From Monocercomonoides exilis PA203 (lineage: Eukaryota; Protista; Preaxostyla), in assembly GCA_001643675.2 (NCBI GenBank), contig LSRY02000005.1:2038612-2102611 (forward strand): 64,000 nucleotides of DNA, given 5' to 3'. The notes under the pieces are model-generated. The model searched no databases. It was not told the origin of the DNA and saw only the letters and a list, made by a program, of their open reading frames with translations. Both the position numbers and the translations under genes were made by a program. Positions 1 through 12,300 of this stretch are shown one piece after another. The first letter of the stretch is position 1. Every line of letters begins with the position of its first letter.

Positions 1-693
1 GCTAATCTTGCACTCCACTCATTTGATGATATGGAAAATCCTCTTTCTTCACTTGCCAGCCTCAGTCCTCACATTGTGTTGTTCTCGGAGCATATGGTGA
101 TCTGCATTGCGATGCACTCAGATTTCCTTTCATCTGACGATTCCGATTCATCTTCCTTGTCTTCAATGACCATTGTTTCTTCTTCCTCGAATGCCTCTGT
201 TCTGAGCGAGAGGTTCACAGACTCGCCTCCGCCCTCGTCAGCGTTTGAGGATGAAGATGATTACAAAAAGGAATGTCTGCGATGGATGGCACCAGAGCTG
301 CTGATCAACAAGAAGATGGGAGCAACAAAGGAATCGGTTGTGTTCTCGATCGGGATGATGCTTTGGGAGTGTGTGACACTCCAGATCCCATTTGGAGAGT
401 ATGAGGCAGAGATTGCTGCACAGAAGATTGTGAATGGGGAGAGGACGAGGCTGGAACTGGCAGAGGAATCGGGACTGTTTGTAGTGATGCAGAGCTGTCT
501 TTCGGCAAAGGCTGAGGGGCGTCCCACGCTGATAGAGCTGAAACGAACATTTTTTGGACAGTTTCCTGCTGAGGCGAAGGTGATGACGATGACAGATGCG
601 ATATGCTGTGAGGAATCAGAGGAAAAGGGCAAACAAACAAGGGACAGTAGATCTGCTTCTACGAGCACGAGTGATAAAACAAAATTACGATAA
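1..693 (+). CDS. C-terminal part of a TKL-like (pseudo)kinase; 5' end lies outside the window
   Basis: The frame is open from base 1. C-lobe motifs are LRWMAPELL, ESVVFSIGMMLWEC, IPF and RPTLIEL. No HRD or DFG is recognisable (LASLSPHIVLF at the catalytic-loop position), and the D of the usual SDV(F/Y)S motif is missing. Confidence 0.75.
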   Translation, partial: ANLALHSFDDMENPLSSLASLSPHIVLFSEHMVICIAMHSDFLSSDDSDSSSLSSMTIVSSSSNASVLSERFTDSPPPSSAFEDEDDYKKECLRWMAPELLINKKMGATKESVVFSIGMMLWECVTLQIPFGEYEAEIAAQKIVNGERTRLELAEESGLFVVMQSCLSAKAEGRPTLIELKRTFFGQFPAEAKVMTMTDAICCEESEEKGKQTRDSRSASTSTSDKTKLR

Positions 694-842
694 CACAAAA
701 TAGGAGAGATAAAGACGATTTATAAAGTCGAGGAGAAAAATTATTCTTTTTTGCTACAAATTTAGTTGTTCTTAACTTATTTATTCTTCTGCGTTCGTTT
801 TTGATAAAATATTCAATTACCAGAACTTTTTTGTCTCCTCCG

Positions 843-2830
843 CTAATTGTGCGATTTAACTTTAATTGTTGTTGATACTATTTGCAAAGTTCGAATCTTT
901 GGCACATTCAATTGTAACACCATTTTTTCTGGAGAAGGATCAAAACAGAATTTTGTGGAGCTTTGCTTCTGCGCATCTGCAATCAATTGTTTAATAATTT
1001 CATTCATTCTTTCAATTTTACATCTTTCATATGATTTCACTGAAGCATGTTTTCCGTTCCTCTTCTGTCTTTGAGACGAGAAGACTAATCCAGGAGCATT
1101 GAAGGAGTTTCTTTGCAAACGATCTTGATTCCTTTTGAAAGAAAGTGATCCTTACCTTTTTACAAATTCCTCAAGCTTCTCCGGTAATTGCTCTTTCTTT
1201 CTCTTTAATTTCAAATTACATATTCATAAACTTATTGTTTTAAAGAAACTGTAAATATGTTCAAAAAGACAAATAATGGTTAATCGAAAGAAAATGAAAT
1301 TATTTTTTTCACTGAAAATGTAAAATTGTTTACAAAAAAAAAAAAAAAAAAGAAAGAAAGAAAGAAAAAAAACGAAATTTAAAATTTAAAAACTAAACAA
1401 TTAAATTTTAAACAGAAAGTCTAATTACCTTCAGGGATCTTCATGAATCATAACCTTTTCGGATCCAATTGCGAATTCAGATTTGATGCTATCCAAAAGT
1501 AATTTATTTCTTGTGTCAAGTTCTTCGATAGTTTCAGCAAGAAGCTGAATTTCTCCAATAAATGCATTTGAAATATCTTTTGCGACTGACAAAAATATTG
1601 CACTTTGACTATTTTCAAATTTATTTTTTGAACTGTCGTTTTTTGATTGTGCTTCTTTAGGTTTGTCACTTATCTCCAGTGTCGTTGTTGTGATCTCTGA
1701 CTTCATTGGCTCTGTCTTTGTCATTGGCAGGACAGCCATATCTCTTGAAGAACAAGAAGTATGTTCAACGCAAGGCAAACTGCAAAATTGTTGTTGGATT
1801 CTTTCTGTTGAAGTACTGCTCAAAACAGGAAAGCAAGATGGATCAGACATAAGGTTATACTTTTCCATGCATGATTTGAAAATATCCTTCAGAATAGGTC
1901 TGGGCAAGCCATTTAGGGTGTTTTTCAAAAACAATATGCTTTGATCAAAGCATGAAAAATGGTAGTATTTATCTTAAAAAATTTGTGTTTAATTACATAA
2001 AGTGAAAATATTAAAGCATTCTAAACTTGTATCACGCTTATAAAGCAAACCCAATAAAGAGCTTTCCTTTGACTCATTTTTTCCTTGCTCTTCCGCCATA
2101 AATTTATCTTTTCCCGCAAAGCTTTGGTTTGTTTTTTGTTGAACATTAATAATTTTCCACTTCTCTAAAAAGCGATGAATCCTAAAAAACAAAAGGAGTG
2201 AAAGAATATATATATATATATATATATATGTTTCTTGTTTTTTTAAAACTATTTCGCACTATAAAGGATTCTAACCTCAGAGCAAGGCAGAAATCACAAC
2301 AAAAAGATCTTCGCAATGTCGCCAATGAATAATACACATACGGTCTTGAATAAAATGATTCGACCATATGATTACGAATTCGAATGTATCTACAAACAAT
2401 TTTGAAAATATCTCAATTTATTCAAAAAATACTAACAAGAACAACAAACTCTTCTTCTCTTTCTCCACATTCTTTTTTATCCAAAAATATATCCGGAAAT
2501 GCAATCTGTTCAATGTAATGTACTTTTTCCATAGAAAACCATTCCGCACTTCCAAATATCATTGCATTTTCATCTGAATTATAAAAACATAAATATATCA
2601 TCTTCATGCTCAAAAAAAAGAAGTAGCAAACTTATATTTTTACATTGACTATGTTTGAAGTCCTTTTCTACGAAGGTTGTTTCATCTTTAGAATCAATCA
2701 TAAACCTCAGTTGCAAATAACAATTAAAAATGATCGATCCATCGATCTAAAATTTGAAATGGAAAGATCAATTGAAAAATGTTTAACAGAAAAAATGATT
2801 TGTTTTTAAAAATTTCATATTTTTACCATG
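843..2830 (-). CDS. Multi-exon hypothetical protein (boundaries approximate)
   Basis: A chain of co-oriented minus-strand coding segments (2422-2613, 1989-2192, 1431-1934, 843-1118) is separated by short AT-rich GT..AG gaps. No domain was recognised. Confidence 0.45.
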
Positions 2831-3129
2831 TGTTATCTATTTTTTGTGAAGAAAATTTAAGATTTAATATAAGAACTTACTTCAAAAGTTTGAACTTCCA
2901 CCTGGAAAAGAAAATTTTTTCGTTTTTTTGTTAAAAGTATCAATAGATGAGTTATTTTTTATTTATTTTATTTTATTTTGTTGTTGTTGTTATACTGTTA
3001 TATAAAGGATATTACAGATTCTTTCTCTTCTTCATGAATGATCTTTTTTTTCAACTTCAATCTCCCACAATAAATCGCATTAACTAATGTGAAATCAAGT
3101 CATTTGATAAGTTTTTTTCATCATCGGAA

Positions 3130-6078
3130 ATGACTGATATTTCCATTGATAAATTAGAAGAGTCTCAAAGAAAAATTGTTTTATTAGAGAATGTATCAGA
3201 GAACGTTGAATTTGATCAAAAAGAAGGTTTCATTATATTTTTTGGTTGTCTAATTTTTTACAATAATATGATCAGAATGGTCTCCACCGCAGGTCAACAT
3301 CCTCATCGAAATGATGAAAGAAATTTTACGTGGAGCTGATCTTTCAAAGCTTGATAGTTTACAATTTTCTAATTGATTCAATCTATATTCCTTCCAGTAC
3401 CAATTTTTCTTCTTCATCCATGGTCGCTAACAGAGAGTTTTAGTGACTTTTTAGCATATTCCGATTACTTTTTTAATTGTCTGGACATTGAAGATCCAAT
3501 TGATAGAATTGTGAATATTGCTGTTGGGTTCATGTCAGGGTTGCATAATCAATTTCCTGTGATTGCAAGTCCATTAAATCCAACACTTGGAGAAATATTT
3601 CGTTGTTTCTGGGTGCATAAAGATGGCTCTCGTACATGGTTTATTTCTGAAAAAGTTGTTGAGGAACCTCCAACGACAACATTTTATTTTGAGAATCCCA
3701 CACATCGAATTACACTTGAAGGAGATACTGCAATTTCATTTTCATTGAAGGGAAATTCTGTGATCGTACATCTTCAAGGGGAAGCAAAGCTGACAATACC
3801 CAAACGCAAAAAGTTATCCCGAAATACATATAAACATGATCTCAGAATCTGCGAAAAAAAGGAGGAATCATTAAATACTTGCCAAATGGATGATGATATT
3901 GAAACATCTGAGAACAGTGACAATGAAGAAGAAGAATTTGAAGAATACACCCTCAGCTATCCAGGAGTGAGTGTATCAGGACTTTTTATTGGAAGATTAG
4001 CAATGGAGTTGGTTGGTATGTGCATCGTGCATTCGCCACAGACACAGTACACAGCTAACATAATATTCAAACCCCATGTTTGTCTTTGAAAAAAATTTTT
4101 TAAACAATTTTGAATGGATTCATTAAGACAATAATGCGAAGTGATTTTTTTATTTTGATTTTTTTTGACGTGAGCTTTAAGATTTTTTTATTATTATTTT
4201 TTGTATTTATTTAATGTATTTTTTGAAATACCTTTTGATTCAGTATTGTCTCACTATTTATTTGTGCATTCATTTTTCAATTTTTATCTCCATCTGATGC
4301 AAATGTTATAATTTGTTATTGTTCATCAGAGAATGTTCCGGAATGATTACCATGAAATTGAAGGCGGTGTTTTTGCGGCAGCCGACGATGAACGTGAAAG
4401 AAAAGAAAAGAAAGAAGAAAGCTCTGAAATAGAAAAGAAGAAGAAGAAGAAGAAGAAAGAAGCAAAAGAGGATGAGAAGAAAGAAAAGAAAGGTGCCTCA
4501 GAAGGAAGCAAGTATTTTGTCTCTTTTCATGGCAATTGGCACTCACACTTTGACATCATCGACCACAGAGACAAACCTCATTTTGGAGTGTGCCTTCTTT
4601 ATTTATATTTATATGTTCTGTTTATTGAATCTTTTACTCATTCTGTTTTGCTTCTGTAATTTTGAATCAAAAAATTTATTTATTTATTTATTTTGATATT
4701 GTTTTGTGCTATTTTTTCTATTATCAAATCTGCCAATTGCAAAGAATGGCTCTAAAGTCTGCATATTTGATGCACAAAAAGCGCGCCTCTCAACAAAAAT
4801 GATTGTTCCACTCGAAAAGCTTCAGCCATTCGAAGGAAGAAGGTTTGTATAGAGCAGCAAAAAAGCTGAACAATTCATTTCATTTCAAAAAATTTTGGAA
4901 AAGCTTATCGCCATCAGATTGTGAATCTTCTCTTTTCATTTATTTTATCCTCTCATTTCCCTCTTTCCTTCATTTATTTCCTTTGATGTTGCTTCAATTT
5001 TCATTTTTCTTTTTCCTTTTCTTTTCGTGATTTATCTACCCTTTTTCTCTTCAAATTGGCAGAGTCTGGAAAGATGTTGTTTCTGCTCTGCGGTCACACG
5101 ATTTGGCGGCTGCGCAAAGAGAAAAGAAGAAAGTTGACAGCAAATTTGAGAAGGCAGAAAAAGAGAGGATGAAAAAGAAGACATTTTGGATGCAAAGATT
5201 CTTTCATTTTGAGGAGGAAAATGAGTTGAGCAAAGAAAAAGAAGAAAAAGAAGATAAAGAAGAAGGGAAAATGGCAAAGAAAAAACAGAGCAGCAGCAAA
5301 GAAAAAGGACAATCGGGGGCAAAAAGAGGGAAGTGGGTGTTTAATTATCATCTTCGCTCGCCTGAAAGAATGAAATATGACAAGAAATTGAAAGAAAATA
5401 GAAGCTTTGAGGTTGAAGAGCCTACATCAGCAAGCCATTTATCAAACAGCCAAACGACAGAGGAAAAAGTGAAAAAAGAAGAAGAAAGAAAAGAAGGGGA
5501 TGAGGCAAAGGAAAAAGAGAAAGAGGAAGTGATGGAGAAGAAAGATGAGAAAGACGAGAAAGAAGAAAGCAAAGAAGAAGAAAAGGGAGAGAAGGAGATA
5601 AAGATGAGAAAAACTGATTCGACAGAAAATGAAATGAGAATCCCTCAAATTCTCACCTGCTTCAATGTGCCTGATATGAATGATCTTATTCCACAGATCC
5701 ATTTTGGAGATTTTCTTCCATCGTCATCGTCATCGTCATCATCATCATCTTCTTCTTCTTCTTCAACCTCACCTTCATCAAATCCAACTTCCAGCACACC
5801 AAAATCCAGTAATCATTTCAAAAGTCCAGGTATTTTATAATCTTTGTTTTTGTTGAAATACAATTTAATCCATTTTATTCTGTTTCTTATTCGAATTATT
5901 GGTATTTATAGGAAGTATAATTCCATCTCTTATGCCAATCTATTCTGCTCCATGGCCAGATATTCCAATACATAAAACCATTCCATCCAAGATAGAAGAT
6001 CAAAAACACGAAACAATTCCTACAATAAGTGTTGAAAAAACTACAATTGAAAGTGATAATGAAGGGAAAATGGAATAG
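3130..6078 (+). CDS. Oxysterol-binding-protein-related (ORP/Osh-like) lipid transfer protein, multi-exon
   Basis: The spliced reading gives GADLSKLDIPIFLLHPWSLTE, SPLNPTLGEIF (cf. KPFNPILGETF), FISEKVVEEPP (cf. EQVSHHPP), GRLAMELVG, FHGNWH and PLEKLQPFEGRR|VWKDVVSAL..AQREKKK (cf. Osh4 PLEEQHPLESRKAW). The last exon ends at TAG 6076-6078. Confidence 0.85.
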
Positions 6079-6331
6079 TTATATTATTGTATCGAACATT
6101 ATCATTTTTTTTTTTTTTGCTTTTTAAATGTTTTACAAAAATTATTTTATTCGGTTTTTGTAAGCAAAAGAAATTATAACAACAATTTACATGAATTTTA
6201 TAAGAAGTCAACCCTTCAATTAGCGTAAATAAATATTTTTATATTTTTTAGAAAGGATAATTGTGATTTGATCGAAATTTATATTTGTAGTAAAGGGTAA
6301 TGATCATACTGCAAAAAAGAGGTTCACAGTT

Positions 6332-9300
6332 ATGATACATATTTGCATTGTATTGCATATCCTTTTAGCTATACAATGCAGCGTAATTGTTGGAACTTTG
6401 GATGGAATGATTCATTCCCTTGATGAAGCAAATGGCCATACGGAGTGGACGTTTGATACAGGTGGTCCACTCGTTCATGTTGAAGGCGATCACTCTCTTC
6501 AAGTTAATGAAAATGGAGAATTCTTTATGATTGGGAATAATGGAAAAGTCACTGTATGTTACTTTATTTTTGAATATTGTAAAAAATAATTTTATACAAA
6601 TTTTGATTTTTGCAATTTTTATTTTTTATACCGATATTTTGCAAATTAGAAATTGCCATATGCTTTAGATGATTTTATAGCAGCTTGTCCATTTGTACAA
6701 AATGGAATATTGTATGAAATAACATCAAAGACAACCAGGTGGTATTTGAATGAGAGAACTGGAGAAACAATGAAAATAAGTACAAATTGCCATTCGAAAG
6801 ACAACGAAAAGGACGGGAAAGCATCCGCATCAACAGCGGAACAATTGGAAACAATGTTTTTATATCCTTCTTCAACCGATATTCAAGCAAATACAAAAAT
6901 TCAACAGGGTGTACATGTTGGAAGAGTTACATACACGTTAACTGCGACTCATTTATCAACAGATTTTATACAGTTTGCTTTTAATATTTATTATTTTTTC
7001 AGCAATAATTTTAATGTTACAACAAAAATTTTTTCAGATGGAGTGCTTCAGTTAGCGAATTCATTGGAACGTATCATTCTCCAAAAGATGCTAAGAAAAC
7101 AGCACATATAACTAGGAAATCAATGACAAAGCCTTGCATGCCTTCATCAAATATTAGGAATGATAAAATGAATAAAAAAAGTACTGAGCCTGTGTTAGAG
7201 CTTCAGAACACAACCATCGAGACAGAAGTGATTATTGAGGAATTTCCGACAACATTGCTAACGTTCAATGGAACGGTTGTGTATCGCAATGTGATCGTCA
7301 ACACAACACATGTTACGAAAAATGTGACGTCTTTGCCTGGTTGTGTTGTTGATCCATCTTTGCCCTCTTCTTCCACTTTTATTTCATCAACATCGCAAAC
7401 ATCTGTGGAGGATTCTTCATTCGACAAGAACGCTTCTTCTTCCCCCTCTTCTTCTTCTTCGTTCTCATCTTCGTCTTCGTCTTCCTCCTCTTCCTCTTCC
7501 TCCTCCTCCTCGTCTGCTGATCCACCGGTTGTTGCACTTCTGTTGAAGCCCAACACGACAGTGCGTACCAGCCAGCATGTGATTGAATGGAGCTGTTTTC
7601 TGCCCTCTCCGGCTGTTCCATCACATTCCATCAGCGCTCAGCTCGGAAAGAAATCAGCACATTACATGGCACTCACACGCGAAGCAGCAAATGCTAAGCA
7701 CAAAAAGACACAGAAGAGCAAGAAAGGAGTGGCTGATCCATTCGAAGTGTTCCCTTTCTATCAGCTGTCTTCTGATGCCACTCCACAAAATGAGCAGCAC
7801 ATTCCCATTCTCATCACAGCCACCCCCAAAACAGAGGGTGAGCACGACAGGCTGTTCACTCTGCAGAAAGAGGCAGTCCCCAACAAAGAAGACGACTACT
7901 TGATTCATCTGGCTGTTCTGCCGTCTTTCTTTTCTGTTTCGTCGCCGGCAGCATTCTGCTCATCGAATGGATACACACACAACGTAGATGAAACACTCAT
8001 TGCTCAGGCAATTGCAGCAAGCACTCCACAAACATCTTCCACTTCACAAACAGCTCCTGCTGCTCTGGCAAGCTCTTCTTCTTCTTCTTCTTTATCGTCA
8101 TCATCATCAACGTCATCATCTTCTTCTTCCATATCTTTATCACAATCTTCATCCTCTTCATCATCTTCTTCTTCTCCATTGTCATCTCAATCGTCCTCAT
8201 CTTCCTCTTTATCCTCATCTTCTTCTACTCGCACCACACTCATTCCATCATCAGACACACATTCATCTATTCTTCCCTTCTCTCCTTCAACTGAACACCC
8301 AACTGCCTCCTCTTTCAACCAGAGAGACTCTTCTTCTTCTCCTTCTGTCACATCGTCTTCTCCTTCTTCTATCTCTTCTCCTTCTTCTCCTTCCTCTTCC
8401 TCCTCTTCCTCCTCCTCCTCCTCATCATCATCATCATCCAAACAATCGTCTTCTTCTTCTCTTCTTTCTCTCACATCCATTGCACCTCCACCTGCCACCT
8501 CATCTCACACAATCTGCCTTCCTATTTTTAACAGCAAAAACAAACATTTTTCATTGAATAATCCAATTTTTGATTCAAATGATACAGCATCAAGTGTTTC
8601 TTCATCGTCTTCACCATCATCTTCTTCTTCTTTTGGTAGACAGAACTCAAACACTTCTTCTTTCTTTGCAGCAGATGAGCTTATTCCGGATGAATCACTT
8701 ACAATTCATCAGCATCTTCCACAAGATTTTATTGACATTCTTCATTTGAAGTCTTCATCATCATCTTCTTCTTCTTTATCTTCTTCTTCTTCTTCTTGTC
8801 CATATTCCTCTTCCTCCTCCTCTTCTTCTTCTTTCTCTTCCTATTCTTCTTCCTATCGTTCTGCTGTCATATCCATGCAGAGCATTCAGAGTGGTGTTCT
8901 CAAACGTTCCCTGTCATTTCGTCTCCTTTCGATGGGGCTGCCAACAGATGCCTTTTCTCCCTTCCACTCATTCGCCCCTTTCTCTTCTTCTCTCTCAAGC
9001 AAGCGAGAATATTCTGATCTGATGAAGAAAAGAGATATTCGTTCAGATGATGGTAAAGGAGATGGAAAAGGACAAAGCAGAGCATCTGACTCAATGGCAG
9101 ATGCAACTGAAGTGACATCAACAGAAGAACAAAGTGCGTTGGGTGAACAAGGAATTTCTTCGCATTCGTCTTCATCATCATCATCATCATCTTCTTCTTC
9201 TTCTTCCTCCTCCTCCTCTGATACTTTGTCTCTCTCTGATGTCAAACCTTCTCCTTCTTCTCTTCTCCACCCGCAGAAAGAGCAGCAGACAGGCAAAGAT

Positions 9301-12300
9301 GCTCTTGCCCAGTCTCAGCTCTCCACTTTCATTGAACTCCCTCTGAACGACGAGAGCATCCGACTCCTCCAAACAGACAGGAAAGTGGCTGTGAGGAAGA
9401 GCAATGGGAATACCACGCTGAGTGAACGTGAGAAGATGGCGCTGCTGAAAGCAGAGAGGGACGAGAGGCACAGGATGTTTATGAGCTCGGCAGCGATGCA
9501 GCAGACGAAGAAAGTGATGCTGAAGGAGTGCCTCAAGCCAGATTCAACAACTTGCTTAGAACTCTGGCTCAATCTCCCTTTCATTTTGACCACCAACAAC
9601 AGAGGCGTCGCTGCTCTGCCTGAAATTCTGAGTGGAACAGCGGCTGCGACAGGCTTGTCTGCTGCACTGGGACTGAATGACTCATCGAAGGGAAGTGTGA
9701 TGCAACAGGGGGCATTGAGTGGAGGATCAGGGGGAGATGGGCAGCATGCTCAGAGTTCTATTCTGTCTTCACAGTCTTCTTCTTCTTCTTCTTCTTCCTT
9801 ATCTTCTTCTACTTCCTCTTCTTCATCATCATCTGCTTCGTCCTCTTCTTCTACCCCTTCTTCAACTTCTGCTCCATCATCATCATCTCCACTCTATTGT
9901 CGCCCTCTCTTTGAGCTGAGTGGCCCAGCCATTCCATTCAGTGCGTATGTCTCTCTCTTAGAAGACATCATGGAGCAGCAGTCAATCCGCTCAAAGGGAG
10001 TCATTTCTCGTCTGATTTCTGTGATGTCCCATCCAGTCACCCTCATCCCTATCTTCTCTGCTGCTGTGCTGGGTGCTATTCATTATGCACAGACGAAGAG
10101 GAACAAGAACAAAACAGCAAATGAGATGAGCATATTGCCTTCATTCACTGATGGAGTTATGCCTCAGAATATGATGTTATCATCATCAAATCCATCTTCT
10201 TCTTCTTCTTCTTCTTCTTCTGCTCCTCCATTCACTTCTGTTTCATCTGGTGTCTCTTCACAGGATGCTGTCTATGTTCCATCATCGACTGTCATTTCTG
10301 CTCTTCTTTTGTTCAGAAGAGTGGCTGCGATGATCATCTCCTTCGGAATATCCCTCTACAACTTCTGTGTTGCCCATCTCCCTCTTGTCTATCTGCCTTC
10401 TGCCTTCTTCTCATCAAATGCAGCATCACAGCGAGGCACATTCAGCAAAAGCAGCCGGAGAAGAAGTGAGAATCGCCTGACAGACACACCCAACGAGCAG
10501 TTTGAGTACAGCGAGACAGACGGGGAGCAGGAGACAGTTGTGGTGTGTGAGAAGGAGAAGAACACAAACACACAAAATGCACTTTATGCTGACCCAACTC
10601 CGAAGATGCAGTTCAATTCTCAGCTCACTCGCTTCTCTCTGCCTGCGCTGTCGCCCACACTGCCTTCTTGTTTGTGTTCTCCTGTGTCTGTTTCTGTTCC
10701 TATCTCTTCATCTTCTTCTTCTTCATCGTCTTATTCTTCTTCTTCTTCTTCTGCTTATTCTACTTATTCTTCATCTGCCTCTTTAATTACTCCTAATCCT
10801 TCTTCTCTGATGCCTGTAACTTCACCTTTGTCTGAGGTGAAGACAATGCCTTCTTCTTCTTCCTCCTCTTCATCATCATCGTCTTCTTCTTCTTCTTCTT
10901 CTTCTTCTTCTTCTTCTCTCTCAGATTCATCTCCTTCGTCTGCATCTGTTTCTACTCCATCATCTGACTCTGTTTCTGTATCTCTTTCTCCACCACCTGC
11001 TTCCTCTTTCTTGTCTTCTATCTCTTCTTTGTCTCCACTTGTGCCAAATCCTTCCATTTCTGTTCAAATTGATGAATGTTGTGCATCCACCACAAAACAG
11101 AAAAGAGAGTTGGATAAAAATGAAAATGTTGTGCAATCATCTCCTGTTCAATCTTGTTTCAAAGGAGAATCCGAACTAAATGTTGAGTCTGAATCAAAAG
11201 AAGTGATTGAAAGAAAAGAAAGAGAAGAAGAAGGAAAGAAATGCTACAAGAAATCTGATTCACCTCTATTCACATTTGCTCCTCTGATTGTGAAGAAGAA
11301 GAAGAAGAAAGAAGAAGCAGATGATTCTGATAAGATGGAGAGAGGAAGAGCAGAATCGATGCCTTCTTTCACGTCTGTTGCATTTGATCAGGGCAAAGAG
11401 GGGAAAGGAAGAAGAGGAAGCTTGGAGAAAGTGGGAAGGGAGAAAGGGACAGAAGAAATGAAGCCATACAAAATATTGGAAGCTGTCAGGAAAGATATCA
11501 AAAACGAATTGAAGGAAGAAGAAGAAGAATCAGAGGCAAATGAATTGAAACCAGTCAAAAATGAAGAAGGAATTGAGAATTCGTCTTCAGAAGCGTATCT
11601 GATCATCACAAAAGCACAGGAAGTGATGACAGAAAATGCGAAGATGGAAGAGAAAAGCATTCAGACAGACTTAAAGCCCAGTGTCACATATGTCTCACAC
11701 ACAACATCTCCAATCATTATTTCTCGCAGTTTGCCTTCACAACGTGATTTGCCTTGTTCCAATCTGTTTCCTTCTTCTACTGCTTCTTTGTCTGTCTCAA
11801 CTTCAACTTCATCACTGGAAGCAATAAATGACAAGAATACAGAGCCAACAATGATACAATCTGAGTTGAATGAGCCAGTTGGTTTGACAAACAGTGGAAA
11901 TTCTTTAACACAAGCACAAATACAATCAACTTTGGATCCAATAAAACCGGTATCGATGACTTCATCAATGAGCAATCAATCAATATCATCAGCAGCAGCA
12001 GAAGCAGCCTCTGTTTCATCTCCTGCGCAGTTGATGGTGTGGAGAGAGTCCACACTGAATGGAAGGAGCATTTTACTGAAATCATTCCCATCTTCGTTGC
12101 AATCTCTTGTTGAAGAAGAAGCAGAGACGATGTTTGCCCTCGATCCTCATCCAAACATTGCATCTCTTGTTCGCATTGACAAGACAGACAAGTCAGCCAC
12201 TCTTGTTCTGCAGAGTGGGAACATCTGGCTGAGTGATGTGTTGTATTTGAGGAAGAAGAGAATGCAGCAGCTGAACAGAATCGTAAGAAAGCCAAGCAGC

